Of a DNA stretch of 64,000 bases, positions 56,127 to 64,000 are shown one piece after another (positions within the stretch are counted from its first letter, which is position 1; each line of letters begins with the position of its first letter). The position numbers were made by a program, and so were the translations under genes. Below the pieces are notes generated by a model. That model searched no databases. It saw nothing but the letters and a program-made list of their open reading frames with translations, and was not told the origin of the DNA. The stretch comes from an uncultured Gammaproteobacteria bacterium (GTDB lineage Bacteria > Patescibacteriota > Microgenomatia > Levybacterales > UBA12049): contig CAZHKZ010000002.1 of NCBI GenBank assembly GCA_964533055.1, positions 8,129 through 72,128 on the forward strand, in the 5' to 3' direction.

Positions 56127-57247
56127 TGAGAATAGGGATTGATGCTCGTTTTTGGAATGAAACCGGTGTGGGTCGCTATATTCAAAACCTTGTTGCCAAT
56201 ATCATTATTCTTGATAAGTCAAATGACTATGTGTTGTTTGTTCGATCTCAAGATCTCGCAAAAGTACAACTATTTACAAAGAATTCGAATTTCACATGCA
56301 TTCCGGTAGATATTCCGTGGCACTCTTTAAAAGAGCAAACGCAATTTACGTCAATCATTAAGGAGCAAAAAGTTGACCTCATGCACTTTCCTTATTTCTC
56401 AGTACCAATTAGCTTCAATGCTCCATTTATTATCACAATTCATGATCTTATTCTGCATCACTTCCCAACAGGTGAGGCAAGTACACTATTTTTGCCACTC
56501 TATTATGCAAAATGGCTTGGGTATAAATTAGTGATTGCATCAGCTGCGAGAAGGGCATTGCATGTATTAACAGTCTCGAATGCGACAAAGGATGAGATAA
56601 TTGATCATCTCGGAATTAAGAACGAGAAAATAAGCGTGATCTATGAAGGAGTGGATAGCCAGCTTTCATCCGTATCTTTGAAATCTCAAACAACAAAACC
56701 GGAAAAATATTTTCTCCATGTAGGTAATGTCTATCCTCATAAAGATCCGAAAGTTCTTGTTGATGCATTCTCAAAACTTAATGATGAGGCAGTCTCCCTT
56801 ATATTTGTTGGCAAACAAGATCACTTTATGAAGAAATTAGAGGAGTATGTTAGAAAAAAGCATCTTAAAAATATTGTGTTCAAAGGATTTGTGCCTGATG
56901 TTGAATTGGCAAATATGTATAGAAATGCACTTGCTACTGTAGTTAGTTCAAAAATGGAGGGGTTTGGTCTTCCTGCTGTGGAAGCGATGATAAATACATG
57001 CCTTGTTGTTTCATCAGACATCCCTTCATTGCGTGAGGTTACGAAAGGTAATGCACTGTTTTTTAAGCAAGGTGATGTGGAAGGCTTGAGTCAGCTCTTA
57101 CTTACTCTTGCTAAGGATGAGCAAAACAAGTATGCTTCCCAAAAGATAGACGCAGAAAAAATCGCAAAGGAATATTCATGGGAGAGAATGGCAAAGGAGA
57201 CTATAGCTCAATATGAAGGTTGCAATCGTATACGACAGGATAAATAA
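56126..57247 (+). CDS. Family 4 (GT-B) glycosyltransferase
   Basis: GTG start overlaps the upstream stop by 1 nt. Reads EGFGLPAVEAMINTCLVVSSDIPSLREVTKGNALFF. Confidence 0.8.
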   Translation: MRIGIDARFWNETGVGRYIQNLVANIIILDKSNDYVLFVRSQDLAKVQLFTKNSNFTCIPVDIPWHSLKEQTQFTSIIKEQKVDLMHFPYFSVPISFNAPFIITIHDLILHHFPTGEASTLFLPLYYAKWLGYKLVIASAARRALHVLTVSNATKDEIIDHLGIKNEKISVIYEGVDSQLSSVSLKSQTTKPEKYFLHVGNVYPHKDPKVLVDAFSKLNDEAVSLIFVGKQDHFMKKLEEYVRKKHLKNIVFKGFVPDVELANMYRNALATVVSSKMEGFGLPAVEAMINTCLVVSSDIPSLREVTKGNALFFKQGDVEGLSQLLLTLAKDEQNKYASQKIDAEKIAKEYSWERMAKETIAQYEGCNRIRQDK

Positions 57248-58307
57248 ATGGGGAGGTGCTGAACGAGTCCTCCTTGCTCTTCACGAGCTTTTTCCGAATG
57301 CACCACTCTTCACCTCAGTCTACTACAAAGAGAAGGCAGCATGGGCAAAAGATTTTGAAATTAGGCCATCTTTCCTCCAGAATTTTCCATTTGCCAAGGG
57401 TGGACACGAGCTTTATCCGATACTTATGCCACAGGTATTTGAATCATTTGATTTTGCAGAATATGATGTTGTGATTTCGGTGACTAGTGAGGCGGCGAAG
57501 GGAATTATCACCAAGCCAGGCACGTTGCATATTTGTTATTGTCTGACTCCAACTCGGTATCTTTGGAGTGGATATGATCAATATTTCCAAACTCCACTTG
57601 TTAGGTTTTTATCCTATCCATTTGTGAGATATCTGAGGATGTGGGAAAAAATTGCAGCCAATAGGCCTGATATTTTTGTTGCTATCTCACATGAGGTTCA
57701 AAACAGGATTAAGAGGTACTATCAAAGAGATTCTGCTGTAATTTATCCACCAGTAAGTCTCTTCGAGAGATATACACATTTAAGGCGAAAGCAAGGCGAG
57801 TATTATTTGGTTGTCTCAAGACTTGTGCCATATAAAAAAGTCGAACTAGCAATTAAGGCATGTAATACCCTAAAAAGAGATCTAGTTATTGTTGGTGTAG
57901 GTAGTGAGATGACTAGGCTTAAGAGGATAGCGGGCCCAACAGTGACCTTCAAAGGCTCGCTAACTGATGATGAGCTAGCAAATGTTTATGTAGGTGCAAA
58001 AGCAGTTATTTTCCCAGGTTTTGAGGATTTTGGTATTGTGATGGGAGAGGCTCTGGGTTTTGGTAAGCCAGTAATTGCGTACAAAAAAGGTGGGGCACTT
58101 GACCTCATCAAAGACAAGAAGACAGGAATTCTTTTTCAAGACCAGACGATTAAGTCCCTGACTCAGGCAATTCTGAATTTTGAAAAGACAGTTTTTCATA
58201 CAAAAGTTCTTGAAAGTGAAGCTAAACATTTCTCAAAGAAAGTATTTAAGGACTCAATCTCATTACTTATCGATCAGGCTTTGCAAAAGACAAGTTTCAT
58301 ACTATAA
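57213..58307 (+). CDS. Family 4 (GT-B) glycosyltransferase
   Basis: The N-terminus MKVAIVYDRINKWGGAERVLLAL is a typical GT4 start. C-terminal motif GFEDFGIVMGEALGFGKPVIAYKKGGALDLI. Overlaps the upstream gene by 35 nt. Confidence 0.8.
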   Translation: MKVAIVYDRINKWGGAERVLLALHELFPNAPLFTSVYYKEKAAWAKDFEIRPSFLQNFPFAKGGHELYPILMPQVFESFDFAEYDVVISVTSEAAKGIITKPGTLHICYCLTPTRYLWSGYDQYFQTPLVRFLSYPFVRYLRMWEKIAANRPDIFVAISHEVQNRIKRYYQRDSAVIYPPVSLFERYTHLRRKQGEYYLVVSRLVPYKKVELAIKACNTLKRDLVIVGVGSEMTRLKRIAGPTVTFKGSLTDDELANVYVGAKAVIFPGFEDFGIVMGEALGFGKPVIAYKKGGALDLIKDKKTGILFQDQTIKSLTQAILNFEKTVFHTKVLESEAKHFSKKVFKDSISLLIDQALQKTSFIL

Positions 58308-58320
58308 TAATTTTAATCGT

Positions 58321-59406
58321 ATGAAAGTTGTGCTTTTTGCAGGGGGAGTAGGATCAAGACTCTGGCCACTCTCAAGAAAAAATTCTCCTAAACAGTTCGG
58401 GAATATCATTGGTGACAAATCGATGCTTCAGATTGCAGTTCAGAAACTTTTCCCCACATTTGAATGGTCGGACGTTTTTATCTCTACAGGCAAGCAGTAT
58501 GCACAAACTGTGCGTGAACAATTATCACAGCTGCCAGCAGAGAATGTTATCGTTGAGCCAGAGATGCGAGATGTCGGTCCAGCGGTCGGACTCATTACCG
58601 CCCTCTTTGTCAAGAGTGATCCAAATGAGCCCATTGCTTTGCTTTGGGGAAGTGATCATCTAGTACGCGAAGAGGAGTTATTCCGAAAACTCTTAAAGAC
58701 AGCAGAGGGAATTGTGAAGCAAGACGGACAGAGAATAGTATTTTTGGCACAAAAGCCACGATTTGCAAATCAGAATTTGGGATACATAGAGTTCTCAGAT
58801 CAAGTTGACTCTGTTGATGGTATTTCAGTTTATAAATTCTCCAATCTTCATTACAGGCCTGAGCTTGAAAAGGCAAAAGAATGGGTTAAAGACGGCAAGC
58901 ATTCCTGGAATCTTGGATATTTCGTTACGACTCCTTCGTATCTCTGGAAGTTATTTGAGGAATTCTCGCCAGATCTTTTTGAAAAGCTTAAAAAAATTCA
59001 TGATGCAATTGGGACCCCAGATTATCAAAGAGTTCTTGAAGTAGTCTACCCAAGTGTTGAAAAGATCTCATTTGATAATGCAATTCTTGAGAAGATGGAT
59101 CCAAATTCAGGCTTTGTGCTTTCAGAGGATTTGGGATGGAGCGATGTGGGGGCGTGGGAGGCACTTAAAGAGGCATTATCGGATACAGAGGAAGAGAATG
59201 TTACAAAAGGAAATGTTCTTATCGAGAATACTCAGGACTCACTCGTTTTTAACTATAATGAACAGCTTGTAGTCGGAATTGATTTGCAAGGGATGGTAGT
59301 TGTAAATACAGGCGATGTTCTGTTGATCTGTCCAAAAGACTCAGTCCCCAAGATAAAAGAGATCGTGAGTAAGCTCTCAGGAACAAAACACGAACATCTT
59401 GCATGA
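58321..59406 (+). CDS. manC: Mannose-1-phosphate guanylyltransferase-like sugar nucleotidyltransferase (ManC type, no cupin/PMI domain)
   Basis: The N-terminus MKVVLFAGGVGSRLWPLSRKNSPKQF is the classic ManC/GMP G-G-x-G-x-R-L-W-P-L-S signature. The 361-aa product lacks the C-terminal isomerase domain. The track ORF at 58180 is an in-frame upstream extension. Confidence 0.8.
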   Translation: MKVVLFAGGVGSRLWPLSRKNSPKQFGNIIGDKSMLQIAVQKLFPTFEWSDVFISTGKQYAQTVREQLSQLPAENVIVEPEMRDVGPAVGLITALFVKSDPNEPIALLWGSDHLVREEELFRKLLKTAEGIVKQDGQRIVFLAQKPRFANQNLGYIEFSDQVDSVDGISVYKFSNLHYRPELEKAKEWVKDGKHSWNLGYFVTTPSYLWKLFEEFSPDLFEKLKKIHDAIGTPDYQRVLEVVYPSVEKISFDNAILEKMDPNSGFVLSEDLGWSDVGAWEALKEALSDTEEENVTKGNVLIENTQDSLVFNYNEQLVVGIDLQGMVVVNTGDVLLICPKDSVPKIKEIVSKLSGTKHEHLA

Positions 59407-59407
59407 C

Positions 59408-60073
59408 ATGCCTTATAAAGAAATCAAAAAAAGTAAAGGCTATGAGTTAATCAAGAGACTCCTTGATATTGTTTCATCTTTTTTTCTTCTCCTTTTTTTC
59501 TCTCCAATTATCATCATTGTTGCAATTGCAATAAAGCTTGATTCGCCAGGTCCTATTTTTGCTGATACCCCTCAGAGAGTCGGGAGAAATGGGAAGTTAT
59601 TCAAAATGTTTAAATTCAGATCAATGATACAAAATGCACATAACCTTTTGCGTGAAGATCCAGAGTTTGCCCTTCTTTATGAGCAATATAAGAAAGGTAG
59701 CTATAAGTTAAAGAGTGATCCGCGCATCACTCATGTTGGTAAATTTATTAGAAAACATTCACTAGATGAGGTGCCGCAGTTTCTTAACGTACTTCGAGGC
59801 GATATGAGCCTTGTTGGTCCTCGGGCATATTACCCAGACGAACTTGTTGAGCAGCAGAAGAACTATCCTGACACACAAGATGCTGTAAAGATTGTGCTCT
59901 CAGTTAAGCCTGGAATTACCGGGTATTGGCAGGTTTCTGGAAGAAGTGATATTAACTTCGATAAGAGAATAGAGATGGACGCAGACTATGTAAAAAAAAG
60001 ATCAATTGTTTTTGACATATTCTTAATGGCAAAGTCACCATGGGCAATGCTAACTGGTAAGGGTGCGCTCTAG
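59408..60073 (+). CDS. Initiating polyprenol-phosphate sugar-1-phosphate transferase (small monotopic PglC/WbaP C-terminal-domain type)
   Basis: One N-terminal TM helix, then ...IKLDSPGPIFADTPQRVGRNGKLFKMFKFRSM...DEVPQFLNVLRGDMSLVGPRA, the 'bacterial sugar transferase' signature. I prefer the ATG at 59408 to the TTG at 59399. Confidence 0.8.
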   Translation: MPYKEIKKSKGYELIKRLLDIVSSFFLLLFFSPIIIIVAIAIKLDSPGPIFADTPQRVGRNGKLFKMFKFRSMIQNAHNLLREDPEFALLYEQYKKGSYKLKSDPRITHVGKFIRKHSLDEVPQFLNVLRGDMSLVGPRAYYPDELVEQQKNYPDTQDAVKIVLSVKPGITGYWQVSGRSDINFDKRIEMDADYVKKRSIVFDIFLMAKSPWAMLTGKGAL

Positions 60074-60078
60074 AAAAA

Positions 60079-60109
60079 TTTGACAACAAAGAGCTCCCTC
60101 TCGTATCAT
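60079..60109 (+). promoter_or_regulatory. Candidate promoter (TTGACA-19 nt-TATCAT) upstream of the DUF4012-like gene
   Basis: A consensus -35 TTGACA at 60079-60084. The -10-like TATCAT at 60104-60109 ends 7 nt before the ATG at 60117. The spacer is long (19 nt), so this is weak. Confidence 0.2.
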
Positions 60110-60116
60110 TATACGT

Positions 60117-62054
60117 ATGTCAGGATTTGAGAAGATTGATTTAGACCTAAAAACAGCTCCAATTGTAGATTCACCCGATATGGCACGAAAGACAAAAAAG
60201 ACATCATTTTTTAAGCGCAACCTCAAAAAAATTAGCATTGGACTTGCAGTCTTCATTGTTATTTTTGTTGTGGGATTTGTCATTCCAGTTCTCGCAGTAG
60301 TTTCATCAGCAAAAAAGACGTATGCACAGGTTAAGCTGCTTTCTGCCGCTATGAAACAGCAGGATATAACAGTCGCTTCAACTGAACTCAAGAAGACCCA
60401 GGCTGCACTCAATGATACAGCTTCCAAAATGAAGTTCTTAGGATACCTTCATTTTGTACCTGTTGCTAACTTCTACTATAACGATGCAGATCATCTGATG
60501 AAGGCTGGTATCGAGGGGCTTAAGACCGGAGATATAGTTGTGGAGTCTCTCAAGCCATACGCAGATGTGCTTGGGTTGAAAGGTCAAGGTAGTTTTACGG
60601 GTGGGTCGGCTGAGGAAAGAATTAAGACAGCTGTGCTTACCATGGGTAAGATCACACCTCGAATTGATGAAATTGCTGCGAGCCTTACTTTAATTCAGAA
60701 AGAAATTGATCAAGTTAACCCAAATCATTATCCAGAATTTATTTTCGGTAAGAAGATTAAGTCTCAGTTGGCTCAGGTAAAGACATTGACTGATCAGGGT
60801 GCAGGTTTTGTAGACCAGGCTCGACCCTTGATCAAAGTGCTCCCATCACTTCTTGGAGAGAATGAAGACAAGCGATACCTCGTACTCTTTCAAAATGATA
60901 AAGAACTTCGACCAACAGGAGGCTTCATTACCGCCTATGCCATTTTTAAGCTTACAAATGGCGTAATTAAACTTGAGAAGTCAGATGATATCTATGTCTT
61001 AGATAACTCAATTTCAGGAAAACCAAAAGCGCCTGCGCCAATTTTGAAGTATTTCCCTAAGGTGAGTGTTCTTAATCTGCGAGACAGTAATTTGTCTCCA
61101 GACTTCATCGAGTCGATGAAGACATTTAAGTCACTTTATAATAAGGCAGGTCAGAAAGTCGATGTTGATGGGATTATCGCAATTGATACGTATGTTCTCA
61201 CATCTACCATCAAAGTTCTTGATGATCAGATCGTGGTAAATGGCCAAACATTTACTACTAAAAATGATCCACGTTGTGATTGTCCGCAAGTTATTTATGC
61301 ACTTGAAGATAACATCTCGCGTCCTGTTAATTATATTAAGACAGACAGGAAAGGTTTGCTAGGGGACATGCTTACGGCTCTTATGAGCAAGGCGCTTTCA
61401 TCCTCGCCAAAGATCTATTGGGGCCCGCTTTTCCAGACTATGCTTACTCAAACCAATCAAAAGCACGTTCTTTTTGATCTTGAGAATGCTGATGCTCAGA
61501 AAGGTATTACAGCTCTTAAAGCTGCTGGTCGGATAGAGGACTTCGAGGGAGACTACTTCCATCTTAATGAAGCAAACTTTAGTGGAGCTAAAGCTAACCT
61601 TTTCTTAAGTCAAACAGTTGAGCATAGTTATACAGTTAAGGGGGGTGTAATTTCAAAAACCGTGACTGTCAATTACAAGAACTTGCACGAGCCATCTGAC
61701 TGCAATCTTGAGCGTGGCGGGCTTTGTCTTAACGCAGAATATAGAGATTGGTTCAGAGTTTATGTACCAAAGGGAAGTAAATTAGTGAGTAGTGATGGGT
61801 CTCAAGTCAAGATGGCTACATCAGAAGATCTTGGAAAGACGGTATTTGAAGGATTTTTGACAGTGCGCCCGCTTGGCAAGGCAACATTAACATTTACATA
61901 CACTCTTCCATTTAAGGTCGAAGGAGCTTCAATCCCACTACTTATCCAGAAACAGCCTGGTACTGACGCTCCAGAATATACCATCAAGGTCAACGGAAGA
62001 ACTGTTCAGAAGTTCCCACTCCTCACCGATAAAGAATCTGAAATTAAATTCTAA
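60117..62054 (+). CDS. Signal-anchored exported protein, DUF4012-like
   Basis: 645 aa. A basic N-terminus and one TM helix (ISIGLAVFIVIFVVGFVIPVLAVV) precede a large extracytoplasmic domain containing FQNDKELRPTGGFITAY. I recall this as the DUF4012 NxELRPTGGF-type motif, but I cannot verify it without a search. Confidence 0.55.
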   Translation: MSGFEKIDLDLKTAPIVDSPDMARKTKKTSFFKRNLKKISIGLAVFIVIFVVGFVIPVLAVVSSAKKTYAQVKLLSAAMKQQDITVASTELKKTQAALNDTASKMKFLGYLHFVPVANFYYNDADHLMKAGIEGLKTGDIVVESLKPYADVLGLKGQGSFTGGSAEERIKTAVLTMGKITPRIDEIAASLTLIQKEIDQVNPNHYPEFIFGKKIKSQLAQVKTLTDQGAGFVDQARPLIKVLPSLLGENEDKRYLVLFQNDKELRPTGGFITAYAIFKLTNGVIKLEKSDDIYVLDNSISGKPKAPAPILKYFPKVSVLNLRDSNLSPDFIESMKTFKSLYNKAGQKVDVDGIIAIDTYVLTSTIKVLDDQIVVNGQTFTTKNDPRCDCPQVIYALEDNISRPVNYIKTDRKGLLGDMLTALMSKALSSSPKIYWGPLFQTMLTQTNQKHVLFDLENADAQKGITALKAAGRIEDFEGDYFHLNEANFSGAKANLFLSQTVEHSYTVKGGVISKTVTVNYKNLHEPSDCNLERGGLCLNAEYRDWFRVYVPKGSKLVSSDGSQVKMATSEDLGKTVFEGFLTVRPLGKATLTFTYTLPFKVEGASIPLLIQKQPGTDAPEYTIKVNGRTVQKFPLLTDKESEIKF

Positions 62055-62107
62055 TCGTTCCTCAGATCTTTAGGCTGCGTTCTTAATACTGTATACTTGA
62101 ACTAGTT

Positions 62108-62656
62108 ATGCGAAGCTATAAAACCGAGGCTATCATCATTAAGAGGCGTAATTTTAATGAAGCAGACAGGATCATTACTATACTCACTCGAGATCTTGGG
62201 AAGTTGCAGGTAAAGGCACAAGGTGTACGCAAGATAACAAGTCGACGCTCTCCTCACATTGAACTTCTGAATCACAGTGAACTCTCGCTCTATAAGGGCA
62301 GTAGCATGTCAGTGCTCGTTGAAGCGCAGATGATTGAGGCGTATTCTGATATCAAAAGTGATTTTGAGAAAGTAGGATTTGCTTATCATGTCTGTGAATT
62401 GATAGATGGACTCTGCCCTGAGGGTCAAGAGTATCGCGATGTATTCTTTCTCCTTAAAAAGACTCTAGCTCGAATCTCTCAAGAGCAAGACACGCTTTTA
62501 CCTGTTCATGATTTTGAGATTGAGCTACTCACAATTCTTGGATTCTGGCACAAGACTGCAGAGGACTCAAAAACGCTTAATACGCAAGATTTTATTGAGA
62601 ATATTCTTGAAAGAAGACTTAAAAGTCAGAAGATGTTCTCTCGTCTCCACGAATAG
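62108..62656 (+). CDS. recO: DNA repair protein RecO (compact form lacking the C-terminal zinc-finger domain)
   Basis: The N-terminal OB-fold pattern TEAIIIKRRNFNEADRIITILTRDLGKLQVKAQGVRK matches the RecO consensus. 182 aa. Confidence 0.75.
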   Translation: MRSYKTEAIIIKRRNFNEADRIITILTRDLGKLQVKAQGVRKITSRRSPHIELLNHSELSLYKGSSMSVLVEAQMIEAYSDIKSDFEKVGFAYHVCELIDGLCPEGQEYRDVFFLLKKTLARISQEQDTLLPVHDFEIELLTILGFWHKTAEDSKTLNTQDFIENILERRLKSQKMFSRLHE

Positions 62657-62713
62657 CTCCGCGTTTAAGTTTTGGAATAATTCTGCTATCATAGGCTCAT
62701 GGCAAGCGTGAGC

Positions 62714-64000
62714 ATGGAAGAATTACAGGCCCTTTTTAAGAGGCGAGGTTTCGTGTACCCAGGGTCTGAGATCTATGGCGGTGTGGCAAATACCTACGAT
62801 TATGGTCCAGTTGGTACTGAAATGTTGCGAAATGTTAAGAATCTTTGGTGGAAATTTTTTGTGCAGAAAAGATCCGATATGGTGGGTCTTGACGCGAGTC
62901 TTATTTCGCATCAAAGGATCTGGGAAGCCTCAGGACATACCGCAAGTTTTGCTGATGCATATGTCGACTGCAAGACATGCCGTACTAGAATTCGAGCAGA
63001 TCATCTAATTGAGGATTACTTAGAGAAATTGTCCCCTGAAGATCTTAAGGCACAGATCACAACAATTTCCGATATCGATCAAGAGAAGCGGGCTATGATC
63101 ATTCATACCAGAAAAGTTGAGGGCTTAAGTGAGTCAGAGATGGAGCAGGTCGTCATTAAGTCGAGTATCCCTTGTCCAAAATGTGGTGAGCATAATTGGA
63201 CTCCAGTGCGAAAGTTCAATCAGCTTTTCCCAGTTCAATTAGGTATTGTAGAAGGAGATCAAGGCGTGGCATATCTTCGAGGTGAGACGGCACAGGGAAT
63301 GTTTGTGGCTTTTGACAGTATCATTAACTCTACGAGAGTGAAGTTGCCATTTGGTGTTGCCCAGGTTGGAAAGAGTTTTAGAAATGAAATAACGCTTGGC
63401 AACTCTGTCTTTAGAACAATTGAATTCGAGCAGGCAGAGATTGAGTATTTCTTTGATCCTAATAAATCTAACTGGGAAGAGCTTTTTCAGATGTGGAAAG
63501 ATCTTATGTGGAAGTTTGCAGTTGATGTGATGGGCATTCGAGAGGAGAACCTGCGTTGGAGAGAACACAGTGACGATGAGCGCTCATTTTATAGTAAAAG
63601 GACTGTGGACCTTGAATACAAGTTTCCCTTCGGATTTAAGGAGTTGTGGGGTCTTGCATATAGAACTGATTATGATCTTAAACAGCATGAAAAATTTTCT
63701 GGTAAAGACTTAAAAATCAACGATCCTGAGACAAATGAAAAAATAACACCACATGTTATCGAACCTGCTGTGGGTATCAATAGACTATTCTTGATGGCTC
63801 TGATTGATAGCTATGAAGTGCAGGATGCTCGAACAATACTAAAATTAAAGCCAATTCTTGCCCCATATAAAGTTGCGGTTTTTCCACTCCTTAAGAATAA
63901 GCCAGAACTGATAGCAAAAGCAGAAGAGGTATACAAAATGCTGCAGGAAAGAATAGATGGAAAGATCGTCTGGGATGATCGTGGTAACATTGGAAAGAGA
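62714..64000 (+). CDS. glyQS: Glycyl-tRNA synthetase, alpha2 dimeric (GlyQS) type, 3' end outside window
   Basis: The N-terminus MEELQALFKRRGFVYPGSEIYGGVANTYDYGPVGTEMLRNVKNLWWKFF is unmistakable GlyRS. The frame stays open to the window end, with ...LAPYKVAVFPLLKNK...ERIDG. The last 39 nt read KIVWDDRGNIGKR in the neighbouring frame (see findings). Confidence 0.85.
   Translation, partial: MEELQALFKRRGFVYPGSEIYGGVANTYDYGPVGTEMLRNVKNLWWKFFVQKRSDMVGLDASLISHQRIWEASGHTASFADAYVDCKTCRTRIRADHLIEDYLEKLSPEDLKAQITTISDIDQEKRAMIIHTRKVEGLSESEMEQVVIKSSIPCPKCGEHNWTPVRKFNQLFPVQLGIVEGDQGVAYLRGETAQGMFVAFDSIINSTRVKLPFGVAQVGKSFRNEITLGNSVFRTIEFEQAEIEYFFDPNKSNWEELFQMWKDLMWKFAVDVMGIREENLRWREHSDDERSFYSKRTVDLEYKFPFGFKELWGLAYRTDYDLKQHEKFSGKDLKINDPETNEKITPHVIEPAVGINRLFLMALIDSYEVQDARTILKLKPILAPYKVAVFPLLKNKPELIAKAEEVYKMLQERIDGKIVWDDRGNIGKR

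Noticed and set aside
58180-58320. Upstream extension of the manC ORF (track start 58180) and the TTG start at 59399 for the phosphoglycosyltransferase
   Set aside because: ManC-family proteins begin at the conserved MK(V/I)V(I/L)LAGG segment, which here starts at the ATG at 58321. For the phosphoglycosyltransferase, the ATG at 59408 directly follows the manC stop.
62055-62107. Possible terminator hairpin around cctcagatctttagg after the DUF4012-like gene
   Set aside because: The arms are not truly complementary (only the central AGATCT palindrome is), and no U-tract follows.
1-64000. Possible UGA-to-Gly recoding (genetic code 25, as in some candidate-phyla lineages)
   Set aside because: At least 12 genes terminate at TGA exactly where homologs end, several within ATGA/GTGA coupling overlaps, and no gene needs read-through of TGA to reach its expected length. 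The standard bacterial code 11 fits.
1-64000. Searched for tRNA/rRNA genes, CRISPR repeats, transposases/integrases and terminal inverted repeats of mobile elements
   Set aside because: No T-loop (GGTTCGAnTCC) or anticodon-arm-like structure sits in the few intergenic gaps, all of which are 133 nt or shorter. There are no regularly spaced direct repeats, and no ORF carries DDE, tyrosine/serine recombinase or reverse-transcriptase motifs. The minus-strand islands are bounded by paralogous glycosylation genes, not by mobile-element genes.

Overview
This low-GC (~37-38%) window has standard stop-codon usage and is almost gap-free coding. About 45 of 52 genes sit on the + strand, and many are joined by ATGA/GTGA start-stop overlaps, indicating long translationally coupled operons. 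Essentially the whole 62 kb from position 1 to about 62,050 is one cell-envelope glycosylation mega-locus. It contains: two Wzx-like flippases (one truncated at the window edge); 8 GT2 and 7 GT4 glycosyltransferases plus one GT2-GT4 fusion; two polyprenol-phosphate-sugar synthases (a soluble Ppm1/DPM1-like one and a membrane GtrB-like one); five paralogous PMT_2/ArnT-type GT-C membrane glycosyltransferases; three YfhO-like proteins (one canonical, two forming a divergent tandem pair); two very large AftD-like membrane proteins with C-terminal TM anchors; a 1037-aa O-antigen-ligase-like/GT-C fusion; GalE; a DegT-type sugar aminotransferase with a WecD-like acetyltransferase; an NAD epimerase/dehydratase; two SAM methyltransferases; a hexapeptide O-acetyltransferase; a ManC-like GDP-mannose pyrophosphorylase; a PglC/WbaP-type initiating phosphoglycosyltransferase; and a DUF4012-like exported protein. 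Housekeeping genes recO and glyQS (glycyl-tRNA synthetase, partial) close the window. RecO, the PglC-type enzyme and the Shine-Dalgarno contexts point to a bacterium. Devoting this much of a region to glycosylation, with a compact RecO, is typical of candidate-phyla-radiation (Patescibacteria)-like genomes. That placement is an inference, not something a search confirmed. I found no rRNA, tRNA, CRISPR array, transposase or integrase. The most unusual elements are three groups of uncharacterized polytopic membrane-protein families present as paralog pairs. One is a tandem pair at 14476-17863. One is a convergent, stop-overlapping inverted pair at 31671-34662. One is the pair of very large proteins at 40418-46100. 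Other unusual elements are the GT2-GT4 and ligase-GT-C fusions, an orphan GT4 N-domain ORF, several apparently leaderless promoters, and an apparent 1-nt frame break in glyQS 40 nt from the window end.
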